NCBI GenBank assembly: GCA_030532065.1
Contig: JAUNLW010000001.1
Location: forward strand, 520,347-584,346
Source of the DNA: Eubacteriales bacterium
Lineage (GTDB): Bacteria; Bacillota; Clostridia; Saccharofermentanales; DTU023
Direction of reading: 5' to 3'
DNA: 64,000 nt
Shown: piece after piece, positions 45,973-55,575 of the stretch
Numbering within the stretch: position 1 is the stretch's first letter
How the letters are laid out: each line of letters opens with the position of its first letter
Made by a program: the position numbers and the translations under genes
The notes under the pieces: generated by a model
What the model saw: the letters and a program-made list of their open reading frames with translations, nothing else
What the model was told of the DNA's origin: nothing
The model's database searches: none

Positions 45973-47382
45973 CTACTTATTTTGGATGTACTCGTCGATA
46001 GCAGCAGCTGCCGTTCTACCCGCGCCCATAGCCAAAATAACTGTAGCAGCACCGGTAACAGCGTCACCACCGGCATATACGCCGGGAATACTGGTAGCTC
46101 CGGTCTCCTCATCAACGATGATACCACCCCAAGGCTCAACCTTCAGATCAGGAGTAGTCTGAGAGATAAGCGGGTTGGGAGTTTGACCGATAGCAATAAC
46201 AACTGTATCAACATCCAAGTGATGCTCAGAGCCAGGGATAGCTACCGGACGACGTCTGCCGGAAGCATCTGGTTCACCAAGCTCCATATTCACAACCTGC
46301 AGGCCAGAAACGTTGCCTTGGTCATCTCCTTCAATGGCTACAGGGTTGCAAAGTAATTTGAAGATGATCTCTTCTTCCTTAGCATGGTGTACTTCTTCTC
46401 TTCTGGCAGGAAGTTCTTCCTCAGAACGACGGTACACGATGTAAACTTCCTCTGCGCCTAAACGCTTAGCTGTTCTGGCAGCGTCCATAGCAACATTACC
46501 ACCACCAACGACAGCAACTTTCTTACCTACGTTGATCGGAGTCTGGTAGTTAGGCCAGTCATAAGCCTTCATGAGGTTTACACGGGTCAGGAACTCGTTA
46601 GCGGAGTATACACCGTTAAGGTTTTCACCCTTGATCTTCATAAAGCTGGGTAAGCCTGCGCCAGAGCCGATAAAGGCAGCGTCATAACCGCCCTCTTCCA
46701 TGAGTTCTTCGATAGAGAATACCCGGCCGATGACCATGTTGGTCTCAATCTTAACGCCGCATTGGATCAGCAGGTCGATCTCTTTTTGCACTAAAGCCTT
46801 GGGCAGACGGAACTCAGGGATACCATACATAAGAACGCCACCGGCTACGTGTAAGGACTCATAAACAGTTACATCATAACCCTTTTGAGAAAGTGCGCCA
46901 GCGCAAGTAAGACCAGCGGGTCCTGCACCAACGACAGCTACTTTGTGGCCATTGTGCTGAGCCGGGCAGAGCTCGGGATGGTCCTCTGATAAATACTTAT
47001 CAGCAACATAACGCTCCAGGCGGCCAATACCTACAGGCTCACCCTTGATACCACGTACGCAATATTTCTCGCACTGGTTTTCCTGAGGGCAGACTCGACC
47101 GCAAACTGCGGGCAAGCTATTAGTGGACTTAATGATGTCGTAGGCTTTTCCCAGATCATTTTCTTTAATAGCGGAAATGAAGTCAGGAATATGTACATTA
47201 ACAGGGCAGCCGTTTACGCAGGGGCGATGCTTACAGTTAAGGCAACGCTCGGCTTCTTCCTGAGCCATCTCATCAGTGTAACCTAAAGCTACTTCTTGGA
47301 AGTTTTTGTTACGTACGAGAGGATCCTGCTCCGGCATCTTTACTTTTTCTGGTGCCATGTTAGGCATTTTTTTCTCACTCAT
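45973..47382 (-). CDS. NADPH-dependent glutamate-synthase-small-subunit-like oxidoreductase (NfnB-type)
   Basis: Preferred start is the ATG at 47382 (MSEKKMPNMAPE), a TAATG overlap with the upstream gene preceded by GGGGAGG. Two Fe-S Cys clusters (CLNCKHRPC..GCP; C..C..C), and GAGPAGL and GGGNVAMD dinucleotide folds. Confidence 0.8.
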   Translation of the reverse strand: MSEKKMPNMAPEKVKMPEQDPLVRNKNFQEVALGYTDEMAQEEAERCLNCKHRPCVNGCPVNVHIPDFISAIKENDLGKAYDIIKSTNSLPAVCGRVCPQENQCEKYCVRGIKGEPVGIGRLERYVADKYLSEDHPELCPAQHNGHKVAVVGAGPAGLTCAGALSQKGYDVTVYESLHVAGGVLMYGIPEFRLPKALVQKEIDLLIQCGVKIETNMVIGRVFSIEELMEEGGYDAAFIGSGAGLPSFMKIKGENLNGVYSANEFLTRVNLMKAYDWPNYQTPINVGKKVAVVGGGNVAMDAARTAKRLGAEEVYIVYRRSEEELPARREEVHHAKEEEIIFKLLCNPVAIEGDDQGNVSGLQVVNMELGEPDASGRRRPVAIPGSEHHLDVDTVVIAIGQTPNPLISQTTPDLKVEPWGGIIVDEETGATSIPGVYAGGDAVTGAATVILAMGAGRTAAAAIDEYIQNK

Positions 47383-48227
47383 TAGCGAACCTCCCCTGTA
47401 AGACGGCACATATGCTCTTTATCTTCGGCTTCTTGGGCACGATAAACACGGCTACGGGCCATGGCTTCGTCAAAGTCTACCAGGTGGCCGTCAAAGTCCG
47501 GTCCATCTACGCAGGCAAACTTGGTCTCACCATCTACAGTCAGACGGCAGCAACCACACATACCAGTTCCATCAACCATGATGGTACACATGGAAACGGT
47601 GGTCGGAATGTTGTATTTCCTGGTAACGTCGCAGGTGACCTTCATCATAATCATGGGGCCGATGCAGATTACGTGGTCATACTTGGTGCCGGCCTGGATC
47701 TGTTGCTCCAAAATATCGGAAACAAAGCCCTTGGTGCCATTGGAACCGTCATCGGTGGTGATGAAGCAGCGAGTGGAATTAGCACGCATCTCATCTTCCA
47801 GAATGATGATGTCTTTATTACGGAAACCGGCGATCATATCTACGTCAGCTCCGATAGAGTGGGCATATTTAGCTATAGGATAAGCAATAGCAGCGCCTAA
47901 GCCACCGCCAGCAACAGCAATTTTCTTGCCCTTGAACTGGTCAAGCTCACTAGGTTTACCTAAGGGGCCTACGAAGTCCTGAATGTACTCACCGGCTTCT
48001 TTATTGCCCAGAGCCATGGTTGAACCGCCCACTTGTTGGAAAATGATCTTGACCGCGCCAGTCTCAGGATTGGTACCGGCTACCGTTAAGGGAACTCTCT
48101 CACCCTTCTCATCTACCCGGAAAATGATAAATTGGCCCGGTTTTGCCTTTCTGGCGATATGGGGTGCTTCAATCTCCATCTCGACGCTTTCTTTATTGAG
48201 GCGTCGTTTGCTTAAGATTTTATACAA
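47382..48227 (-). CDS. Ferredoxin-NADP+ reductase-like FAD/NAD(P) subunit (NfnA-type, PyrK-like)
   Basis: 281 aa with a TTG start 7 nt after GGAGG. GQFIIFRV, PLTVAG, GGGLGAAIAYP and a C-terminal 2Fe-2S-type cluster (C-x-GxGxCGxC..C). Confidence 0.8.
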   Translation of the reverse strand: MYKILSKRRLNKESVEMEIEAPHIARKAKPGQFIIFRVDEKGERVPLTVAGTNPETGAVKIIFQQVGGSTMALGNKEAGEYIQDFVGPLGKPSELDQFKGKKIAVAGGGLGAAIAYPIAKYAHSIGADVDMIAGFRNKDIIILEDEMRANSTRCFITTDDGSNGTKGFVSDILEQQIQAGTKYDHVICIGPMIMMKVTCDVTRKYNIPTTVSMCTIMVDGTGMCGCCRLTVDGETKFACVDGPDFDGHLVDFDEAMARSRVYRAQEAEDKEHMCRLTGEVR

Positions 48228-48455
48228 TGCGCTACCTCCTCAGCTTTTGTACATGTAGTTTAAATAAGCTTCCTTATTTGCTACGTGGAAGTATAGCATA
48301 AAGTAGTCCTGTAACGAAAGAAACCACTTGTTATGCGATAAGCTCTATAATATTAATTGAATGACAAATAAGTAGATCGATGGCAGGGTCAGCAAGCTTT
48401 TGCTGGTTATGCTGAGATCTAGCATCTAAGAATTACGAGTAAAGGAGAACTACTA

Positions 48456-48983
48456 ATGGATAAAAAAATTAACAAAGCTTTTAATGACCAGATCAATCGC
48501 GAACTATATTCTGCCTACCTCTATCAAGGTATGTACGAGTTCTTTAAAGAAGAAAACGCCGATGGTATGGCCAACTGGATGGATGTTCAAGTAAAAGAAG
48601 AGATCACGCACGCTAAGGGCTTGATCGCATGGGTACAAATGCATAACGGCAAAGTTGAGTATGCTCCCATTGAAGGCGTAACCACCGATTACGATAGTGC
48701 GTTAGATGTCTTTAAAGCTGCTTTAGAGCATGAACAATATATTACTAAGAACATCAAAGAATTGGCTGAAGCTTGCCAGGAAGCTGGCGATAGAGCCTCC
48801 TATCTCTTCCTTGACTGGTATGTCATGGAACAAGTTGAAGAGGAAGAGAACGCGAGACAAAATATCGCTGCTCTCGAATTCGCCGGTGATGATAAGTCTG
48901 CGATCTTGACTTTTGACAGCATGATGGCCGGTAGAACTTTTGTAGCGCCTGCCATCCCTCATATTCCCCCTGTCAGCCTGTAA
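48456..48983 (+). CDS. ftn: Non-haem ferritin
   Basis: 175 aa. The ferroxidase-centre pattern (E..Y..E..EEITHA..E..QxxEE) is typical of bacterial Ftn. AAAGGAGAA RBS. Confidence 0.9.
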   Translation: MDKKINKAFNDQINRELYSAYLYQGMYEFFKEENADGMANWMDVQVKEEITHAKGLIAWVQMHNGKVEYAPIEGVTTDYDSALDVFKAALEHEQYITKNIKELAEACQEAGDRASYLFLDWYVMEQVEEEENARQNIAALEFAGDDKSAILTFDSMMAGRTFVAPAIPHIPPVSL

Positions 48984-49010
48984 GCAGCATATAGGTGTTA
49001 AAGCACTCTG

Positions 49011-49042
49011 GACGAGGGCCTCAGCTGAGGCCCTCGTTCTTT
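49011..49042 (+). terminator. Intrinsic terminator of ftn
   Basis: GACGAGGGCCTCAGCTGAGGCCCTCGT, a perfect 12-bp stem, followed by TCTTTAT. Confidence 0.7.
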
Positions 49043-49102
49043 ATGTTTATGCTAAGATAAAGCCAACGACTTAACGCTTTTTACTAGGAGGCTGCCAGAT
49101 CT

Positions 49103-51094
49103 ATGTCACAATCTCAGATGAATCAACTCGCGATAAACACTTTACGTGTTCATGCCGTACAGATGGTAGAAGATGCCAATTCCGGCCATCCGGGCATGGC
49201 CTTGGACGCGGCTCCGCTGATGTGGACGCTCTATGACCAAGCCATGCGGCATAACCCCCAAAATCCTCACTGGGTAAACCGTGATCGTTTCGTGCTTAGC
49301 GCCGGTCATGCCTCTGCACTGCTTTATTCCACACTTAACCTGATGGGCTACGACCTGACGCAGGAAGATTTGGAAAACTTCCGTCAGCTGGGCAGTCGTA
49401 CCCCAGGTCATCCTGAGATTTGCGTAACTCCGGGTGTAGAAGTCTCCACCGGTCCCTTAGGTCAGGGTATCGCCATGGGAGTAGGCCTGGCACTGGCCGA
49501 GAGCATTTTGGCAGCTAAATTCAACCGACCCGGACACGAGATCGTAGACCATTATACTTTTGTCCTCCACGGTGACGGTTGCCCGCAGGAAGGTGTAGCC
49601 AGCGAAGCTGCTTCCTTTGCCGGCCATCAAAAGCTGGGTAAATTAATCAATATCTATGACCGCAACGCAGTGACCATTGATGGTGGTATCGACCTTTCTT
49701 TTACTGAAGACATTGCTGAGCGTTATAAATCCTACGGCTGGCAAGTTCTGAATGTAGACGACGCCAACGACATTGACGCTTTCGCCAAAGCCATTGAAGA
49801 AGCCAAACAGGAAACAGAGCGCCCCAGTCTGATCATCGTGCGTTCTGAAATAGGATATGCCTCTCCTCTGGTCGGTCAATCCAAATCTCACGGCGCACCT
49901 CTGGGCAGCGAAAATCTCGCCTTGACCAAGGCAGAGCTTTGCTGGCCAGAAGATAAGAGTGGCATGGATACCTGCCTTGATCTAGTCGACTACATGAAAG
50001 AAAGACAGGTGGAGTACGCCAGGGCTGAAGCTGAATGGCAGACAAAATTTGACGCCTGGTCTCAGGCTTTCCCTGAACTGCGTAAAGAGTGGGACAGCTA
50101 CCAGCAGCCTGATTTTTCCGCTCTAAGATCAGACTCTCGCTTCTTCACTGCTCCCGAAAAAGCCGAAGCAACCCGTAGCTCATCTGGTAAGATTCTCAAC
50201 TTGATCGCGGAGCACTGTGAGAACTTTATCGGTGGCAGCGCCGATCTTGCTGGTTCAAACAAGACTTGGCTGAAAGATAAGGGCACGGTTGATCCTAAAA
50301 AACGCGATGGTCAAAACATCAACTACGGTATTCGTGAATTTGCCATGTCCTGCATTATGAACGGTCTGCTCCTGCACGGTGGTCTGAGAGCTTTCTGTGC
50401 TACCTTCTTTACCTTCAGTGATTATATGAGATCCGGCATCCGTTCCTCAGCCCTTATGGACTTGCCCGCGATTTATGTCTTGACGCATGACTCCATTGGT
50501 GTTGGCGAAGATGGTCCCACCCATCAGCCAATTGAGCACCTCTCCTCTTTCCGCGCTATGCCGCGCATTTTGACTTTCAGGCCAGCAGACTATTTGGAGA
50601 CCTCCGCTTCCTACCTTTATGCTCTGGAAAGTGGACGTCCTTCTCTCATGGTTTTGAGCAGACAAAATTTAGAGCAAATTGACCTGCCTCAAGATAAGCG
50701 TCATGTCGAAAAAGGTGCCTATATCGTTAAGGACATGGATGATCCTCAGTTGATTCTCCTGGCTTCCGGCTCGGAAGTTAGCCTCGCCTTACAAGTACAG
50801 GCAAGCTTAGCAAAAGAACATGTAAACAGCCGCGTGGTCTCCGTACCTTGTATGGAACTCTTCCTGGAGCAAGATAAAGCTTACCGAGACGAGATTCTAC
50901 CACCCAGCTGCCGTAAACGTTTTGCTATAGAAGCAGCAGCACCACAATCCTGGTATCAATTAGTTGGCCTGGATGGCAAGGTACACGGAATTACAGAGTT
51001 CGGCGCTTCTGCTCCGGCCGATAAGCTTTTTAAGAAATTTGGCTTTACGCTTGATGAGCTGATAAAAGAAGCTAAAGAATTACTCAAAATCTAA
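49103..51094 (+). CDS. tkt: Transketolase
   Basis: 663 aa. SGHPGMALDAAP, the ThDP motif GDGCPQEGVASEA, and HDSIGVGEDGPTHQPIEH. Confidence 0.95.
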   Translation: MSQSQMNQLAINTLRVHAVQMVEDANSGHPGMALDAAPLMWTLYDQAMRHNPQNPHWVNRDRFVLSAGHASALLYSTLNLMGYDLTQEDLENFRQLGSRTPGHPEICVTPGVEVSTGPLGQGIAMGVGLALAESILAAKFNRPGHEIVDHYTFVLHGDGCPQEGVASEAASFAGHQKLGKLINIYDRNAVTIDGGIDLSFTEDIAERYKSYGWQVLNVDDANDIDAFAKAIEEAKQETERPSLIIVRSEIGYASPLVGQSKSHGAPLGSENLALTKAELCWPEDKSGMDTCLDLVDYMKERQVEYARAEAEWQTKFDAWSQAFPELRKEWDSYQQPDFSALRSDSRFFTAPEKAEATRSSSGKILNLIAEHCENFIGGSADLAGSNKTWLKDKGTVDPKKRDGQNINYGIREFAMSCIMNGLLLHGGLRAFCATFFTFSDYMRSGIRSSALMDLPAIYVLTHDSIGVGEDGPTHQPIEHLSSFRAMPRILTFRPADYLETSASYLYALESGRPSLMVLSRQNLEQIDLPQDKRHVEKGAYIVKDMDDPQLILLASGSEVSLALQVQASLAKEHVNSRVVSVPCMELFLEQDKAYRDEILPPSCRKRFAIEAAAPQSWYQLVGLDGKVHGITEFGASAPADKLFKKFGFTLDELIKEAKELLKI

Positions 51095-51146
51095 TTGCGA
51101 ATTACCAGCTTATCCTGGCTGTTGTGCGCCCCGTTTCCACTTGGAG

Positions 51147-51180
51147 GCGGGGCTTTTTACGGGTAAGAAGCCCCGCTTTT
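51147..51180 (+). terminator. Intrinsic terminator of tkt
   Basis: GCGGGGCTT-tttacgggtaag-AAGCCCCGC followed by TTTT. An alternative smaller hairpin lies just upstream. Confidence 0.65.
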
Positions 51181-51195
51181 GCCAGCCTGTGAAAA

Positions 51196-51224
51196 TTGAC
51201 AAAAATATAGGCGTTTGCTACTAT
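51196..51224 (+). promoter_or_regulatory. Near-consensus promoter of tRNA-Thr
   Basis: TTGACA (51196-51201), 17 nt, TACTAT (51219-51224). It lies 11 nt upstream of the tRNA. Confidence 0.6.
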
Positions 51225-51235
51225 GCTGTAAGTCT

Positions 51236-51310
51236 GCCGGAGTGGCTCAGGGGTAGAGCAATTCACTCGTAATGAATAGGTCGTGGGTTCGATTCCCACC
51301 TCCGGCTCCA
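51236..51310 (+). tRNA. tRNA-Thr (anticodon CGT)
   Basis: GCCGGAGTGGCTCAGGGGTAGAGCAATTCACTCGTAATGAATAGGTCGTGGGTTCGATTCCCACCTCCGGCTCCA. Perfect 7-bp acceptor stem, anticodon loop CT-CGT-AA, encoded CCA. Confidence 0.9.
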
Positions 51311-51317
51311 AAGAGAA

Positions 51318-51357
51318 AACCCCGTGATGTACAACTAGCACCACGGGGTTACTTTTT
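51318..51357. terminator. Hairpin terminator between tRNA-Thr and the convergent aminopeptidase gene
   Basis: AACCCCGTG-(15 nt)-CACGGGGTT followed by ACTTTTTG. Confidence 0.6.
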
Positions 51358-51390
51358 GCTGGGGATTATTTTTATCTCTAAGGTTCGGTA

Positions 51391-52653
51391 TTAAACTTCA
51401 AAAGCCCACTCACCTTTACGGAAAATCGGCACACACTTGCCATCTTTGGTGTAGCCGTCGATATCCAGCTCATTAGATCCAATCATGAAGTCTACGTGGA
51501 TCATGGAGTCATTGATGCCCAATTTCTCCAGCTCTTCGCGGCTGTATTTATCGTAGTCCTCATAAAGATCCGGGAATCCTGCTCCTAAGGCGATATGGCA
51601 GCTGGCATTCTCATCATAGAGAGTGTTATAAAACAAGATACCGGACTGAGAGATAGGTGAGCTATCCGGCACCAGAGCCAACTCACCAATATAGGCAGCA
51701 TTCTCATCCATAGTGATCATCTTATCTAAAACTTCGGAGCCGCTTTCGGCTTGCCATTCTACTGCTTTACCATCTTTGAAGGTGATAGAGAAGTTCTCAA
51801 TCAATTGGCCCATATAAGAAAGAGGCTTAGTTGAGTAAACTGTACCCTCAGCCTTACCCTTCATCGGAGTGGTAAAAATCTCTTCGGTAGGCATATTGGG
51901 ATTATAGAAGACTTCATGGCCCAAACGCTCAGGGCCACCGTGAAGTTTCTCGCCACCGCCCAGCCATTTTACCTTAGGATGGAGCCAGGCTTTGAAGTCA
52001 GTACCTTTTGGGCTCTTATAGTGGAGATAGTCAAAGTGTTGCTCGTTGAGCCAGTCCATGTGAGCTTTGAAGGAAGCATTGTGTTTATCCCAGTTCTTAA
52101 CAGGATCAGTGCCAGCTTCCATACGAGAGGTTTTGAAGATAGCATCCCACAAGGCAGCCAAAGCTTCCTCAGCGGGCAGGTCAGGGAAAACCTTTTGTGC
52201 CCAGGCAGGTGAGGCCGCGCCGGCAATAACCCATTGGTATTTGCTCTCCATCTTGTCGATGTATGGTTTAATAATAGGGTATCTGATCGCGCTGGCTTTC
52301 TGCTGCTTAGCCATGTCCATGCCTTTAAGTCCATCTGGATCAGCAGAGGTGATGGCGATCATGGCTGGTAGATTCTCTACGCTATATTCTAGGCGTGCCT
52401 TGTCTTCCGCGCTGACTTCTGCCAGTTTTTCTACGGTCTTATACTGATTGTGAAGCAGGCTTAAGGGCTGATGGTTAAAGTCAACCCTTACTGAAGAAGC
52501 ACCTGCTTCATAGGCAGCTTTTGTTAGTTTTTCGGCAAAAACATACTGGTCAGCCGCAATGCGAATCTCTACCGGTTGGCCTTTTTGTACATTTACACCG
52601 ACCTCAACAATCAGTTTGGCGTAGTCTTCTAAACGCTTCTCAAAATTTTCCAT
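51391..52653 (-). CDS. Aminopeptidase, M29 (AmpS/PepS) family
   Basis: 420 aa. Start MENFEKRLEDYAKLIVEVGVNVQKGQ and blocks EIFTTP, YNTLYDENASCHIALG and HVDFMIG are typical of M29 enzymes. Confidence 0.85.
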   Translation of the reverse strand: MENFEKRLEDYAKLIVEVGVNVQKGQPVEIRIAADQYVFAEKLTKAAYEAGASSVRVDFNHQPLSLLHNQYKTVEKLAEVSAEDKARLEYSVENLPAMIAITSADPDGLKGMDMAKQQKASAIRYPIIKPYIDKMESKYQWVIAGAASPAWAQKVFPDLPAEEALAALWDAIFKTSRMEAGTDPVKNWDKHNASFKAHMDWLNEQHFDYLHYKSPKGTDFKAWLHPKVKWLGGGEKLHGGPERLGHEVFYNPNMPTEEIFTTPMKGKAEGTVYSTKPLSYMGQLIENFSITFKDGKAVEWQAESGSEVLDKMITMDENAAYIGELALVPDSSPISQSGILFYNTLYDENASCHIALGAGFPDLYEDYDKYSREELEKLGINDSMIHVDFMIGSNELDIDGYTKDGKCVPIFRKGEWAFEV

Positions 52654-52685
52654 GATATCGTTCCTTCCAAGTTTTATCAGGCTGA

Positions 52686-55523
52686 TTAGAACTTGCCTTC
52701 AGCCTGGTCTTGTCGCATATGACAATTTTTATATTTTTTACCGCTACCGCACCAACAGGGATCATTACGGCCGGGCATTACTTCTTTACGAACCGGCTGA
52801 GCTTTACCACCTGCCTGCATAGCTGCAGCACTTCTGGCTTCACCAGCGGCTTTAGCTGCCAGGGCCTGGTCTACTTGCTTGCGACTGGCGCTCGTGGCCC
52901 TGGGTTTTGCGTTAACCGCCTGGCTTTCTTCGGGATCAAAGACCTGAGCTCGCATGATAAGGCGGATAGAATCTTCCTGAATAACACGATTCATTTCCTC
53001 GAACATCTCGAAGCCTTCTTTTTGGTAGGCAATAACCGGATCTTGCTGAGCATAGGCACGCATACCGATACTGTCACGCAAAGAGTCCATGGCGTCGATA
53101 TGATCCATCCAGTGGTTATCTACAACTGAAAGGAGCAAATAACGTTCGGCCGCCCGCATACCTTCTGGACCACCGAAGATAGCCTCACGAGCTTCCAAAG
53201 TTTCGCGCGCTGAAGCCTGCAGTTTTTCGCTAAGGCTGGCTGCTGAGTACTTGCTTATGTCAGCCTCATCTAAAAGCTTTAAGGCCGGGATGTCACCAAG
53301 AAGGTCAAAAAGGCTGGCTCTTAAGCCTGCGAGATCCCATTTACCTGCCTCAGACTCTTCGCCGCTAAAGCGGGCGACTGTATCTTCAATAACGGCATCC
53401 AGGGTACGCAGATAATAGTCATGAAGATCCTTACCTTCCAAGACATCACGTCTTTCCTTATAGATCAGCTCACGCTGTTTGTTCATTACGTCATCGTACT
53501 TTAAAACATTACGGCGGATCGCGAAGTTCTGGCCCTCTACCTTACGCTGGGCTGATTCGATTGCTCTGGTGAGCATCTTGTGGTTTACCTCAAGGTCTTC
53601 CTCAATGCCCATAGTTTCAAACATATTATCGAGACGCTCACCGCCGAATAAACGTAATAGATCATCTTCCAGAGATAAATAGAATTTGCTGGAACCGGGG
53701 TCTCCCTGACGTCCTGAACGTCCACGCAGCTGGTTATCGATACGTCGAGATTCGTGTCTTTCCGTACCCAAAATGGCTAAACCGCCAGCAGCGATCACTT
53801 GGGCTTTTTCTTTGTCTGTCTCAACTTTGAAGTCTGCCTTAAGCTGTTGGAAGAGCTTTCTTGCTTCCAGAATCTGCTCATCATTCGTTTCGTTATAGGC
53901 ATCAGCCTGCTCAATCAGTTCTTCCGGCATGCCTTGCTTGCGCATCTCCTGCTTGGCAAGATGCTCTGGGTTACCACCCAAGAGAATATCAGTACCACGA
54001 CCTGCCATATTGGTAGCTATGGTTATAGCGCCTAAGCGGCCAGCCTGAGCGATGATTTCTGCTTCTTGCGCATGGTATTTGGCATTAAGCACATTGTGAG
54101 GCAGACCGGCTTTCGTAAAGGCTCTGGAGAAATATTCACTGGACTCTACCGATACCGTACCGACCAGGATCGGCTGTCCTTTTGCGTGTAATTTCTGAAC
54201 TTGATCAATCAATTGTGTCAGCTTACCAGCCTTGGTTTTATAGATAGCGTCTTCCTTATCATCGCGAATAACCGGTTGGTTGGTGGGGATCTCCACCACA
54301 TCTAAGCGATAGATCTCTTCGAACTCATCCGCCTCGGTCATAGCTGTGCCAGTCATACCAGAAAGCTTATGGTACATACGGAAGTAGTTCTGGAAGGTAA
54401 TGGTGGCCAGTGTGCGACTCTCTCGGCGTACGGAAACGCCTTCCTTCGCTTCAATGGCCTGATGAAGGCCGTTGCTGTAACGGCGTCCTTCCATGAGGCG
54501 GCCGGTAAAGTCATCTACGATCAAAATCTCCCCATTTTGAACTACATAGTCCTCGTCGCGGTGGAATATGCCGTTAGCTTTTAAGGCATTATTGATATGG
54601 TGGTTTATCTGGTAGTTCTCCGCATCGGAAAGGTTATCTACTCTGAAGAAGCGCTCAGCCTTGGCAATACCGTTCTTGGTCAGGACTGCTGATTTTGCTT
54701 TTTCGTCTACGATGTAGTCGGCGTCGCCCTGAAGCTCATCCGATTCTTCGTAAGCCATCTTGGTATCCACTTCTTTGAAAACCTTGACTTTAAGGCCGGA
54801 TACAAATTGCTGAGCCAGGCGGTAATTATCTGAGGACTCATCGCCGGGACCAGAGATAATTAGTGGTGTTCTAGCCTCGTCGATAAGGATCGAGTCGACT
54901 TCGTCTACGATCGCGAAGTTAAGCTCACGTTGTACCAGCTGGTCCAACTCTTGCACCATGTTGTCACGTAAATAGTCAAAACCAAACTCATTATTGGTAC
55001 CGTAGGTAATATCGGCAGCGTAGGAGGCTCTTCTCTCCACCTTAGTCTTACCGTTGATAATCAGTCCTACGTCCATGCCAAGATAACGATAGACCTTGCC
55101 CATCCACTCTGAGTCACGTTCGGCAAGATAGTCGTTTACCGTAACGACGTGAACACCTTTGCCACTTAGAGCATTAAGATAGACCGGAAGCGTCGCTACT
55201 AAAGTCTTACCTTCACCAGTCTTCATCTCGGCGATGCGTCCCTGGTGTAGAATGATGCCGCCGATTAGCTGAACATCGTAGTGTCTCATGCCTAAGACGC
55301 GGTCAGAAGCTTCTCTGACTGTAGCAAAAGCATCTGGCAATAAGTCGTCTAAACTTTTACCATTGGCCAACTGCTCACGGAAAAGCCGGGTTCTTGCGCG
55401 CAGCTCTGTCTCTGACAGTTGGGCATAAGTCGATTCCAAACCATTGATTTTGGCGACCAAAGGCTTAACCTGCCTGATCGCGCGTTCTGAACTGGTACCA
55501 AAAATTTTACTGAAAAAACTCAT
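52686..55523 (-). CDS. secA: Preprotein translocase ATPase SecA
   Basis: 945 aa. MKTGEGKTLVATLP, the DEAD-like block FAIVDEVDSILIDEARTPLIISG, and a C-terminal zinc tail CWCGSGKKYKNCH. Confidence 0.95.
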   Translation of the reverse strand: MSFFSKIFGTSSERAIRQVKPLVAKINGLESTYAQLSETELRARTRLFREQLANGKSLDDLLPDAFATVREASDRVLGMRHYDVQLIGGIILHQGRIAEMKTGEGKTLVATLPVYLNALSGKGVHVVTVNDYLAERDSEWMGKVYRYLGMDVGLIINGKTKVERRASYAADITYGTNNEFGFDYLRDNMVQELDQLVQRELNFAIVDEVDSILIDEARTPLIISGPGDESSDNYRLAQQFVSGLKVKVFKEVDTKMAYEESDELQGDADYIVDEKAKSAVLTKNGIAKAERFFRVDNLSDAENYQINHHINNALKANGIFHRDEDYVVQNGEILIVDDFTGRLMEGRRYSNGLHQAIEAKEGVSVRRESRTLATITFQNYFRMYHKLSGMTGTAMTEADEFEEIYRLDVVEIPTNQPVIRDDKEDAIYKTKAGKLTQLIDQVQKLHAKGQPILVGTVSVESSEYFSRAFTKAGLPHNVLNAKYHAQEAEIIAQAGRLGAITIATNMAGRGTDILLGGNPEHLAKQEMRKQGMPEELIEQADAYNETNDEQILEARKLFQQLKADFKVETDKEKAQVIAAGGLAILGTERHESRRIDNQLRGRSGRQGDPGSSKFYLSLEDDLLRLFGGERLDNMFETMGIEEDLEVNHKMLTRAIESAQRKVEGQNFAIRRNVLKYDDVMNKQRELIYKERRDVLEGKDLHDYYLRTLDAVIEDTVARFSGEESEAGKWDLAGLRASLFDLLGDIPALKLLDEADISKYSAASLSEKLQASARETLEAREAIFGGPEGMRAAERYLLLSVVDNHWMDHIDAMDSLRDSIGMRAYAQQDPVIAYQKEGFEMFEEMNRVIQEDSIRLIMRAQVFDPEESQAVNAKPRATSASRKQVDQALAAKAAGEARSAAAMQAGGKAQPVRKEVMPGRNDPCWCGSGKKYKNCHMRQDQAEGKF

Positions 55524-55575
55524 CCTGAAAATCCTTCATTGAATAGCAAAACTTATTTCATAATACCTGAAAGGC

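Noticed and set aside
47412-47900. 162-aa and 140-aa plus-strand ORFs inside the nfnA-like gene
   Set aside because: They are antisense shadow frames of a confidently assigned flavoprotein gene, with no independent support.
51102-51344. 80-aa minus-strand ORF
   Set aside because: It covers the tkt terminator, the tRNA-Thr promoter and the tRNA-Thr gene itself. The ORF is an artefact.
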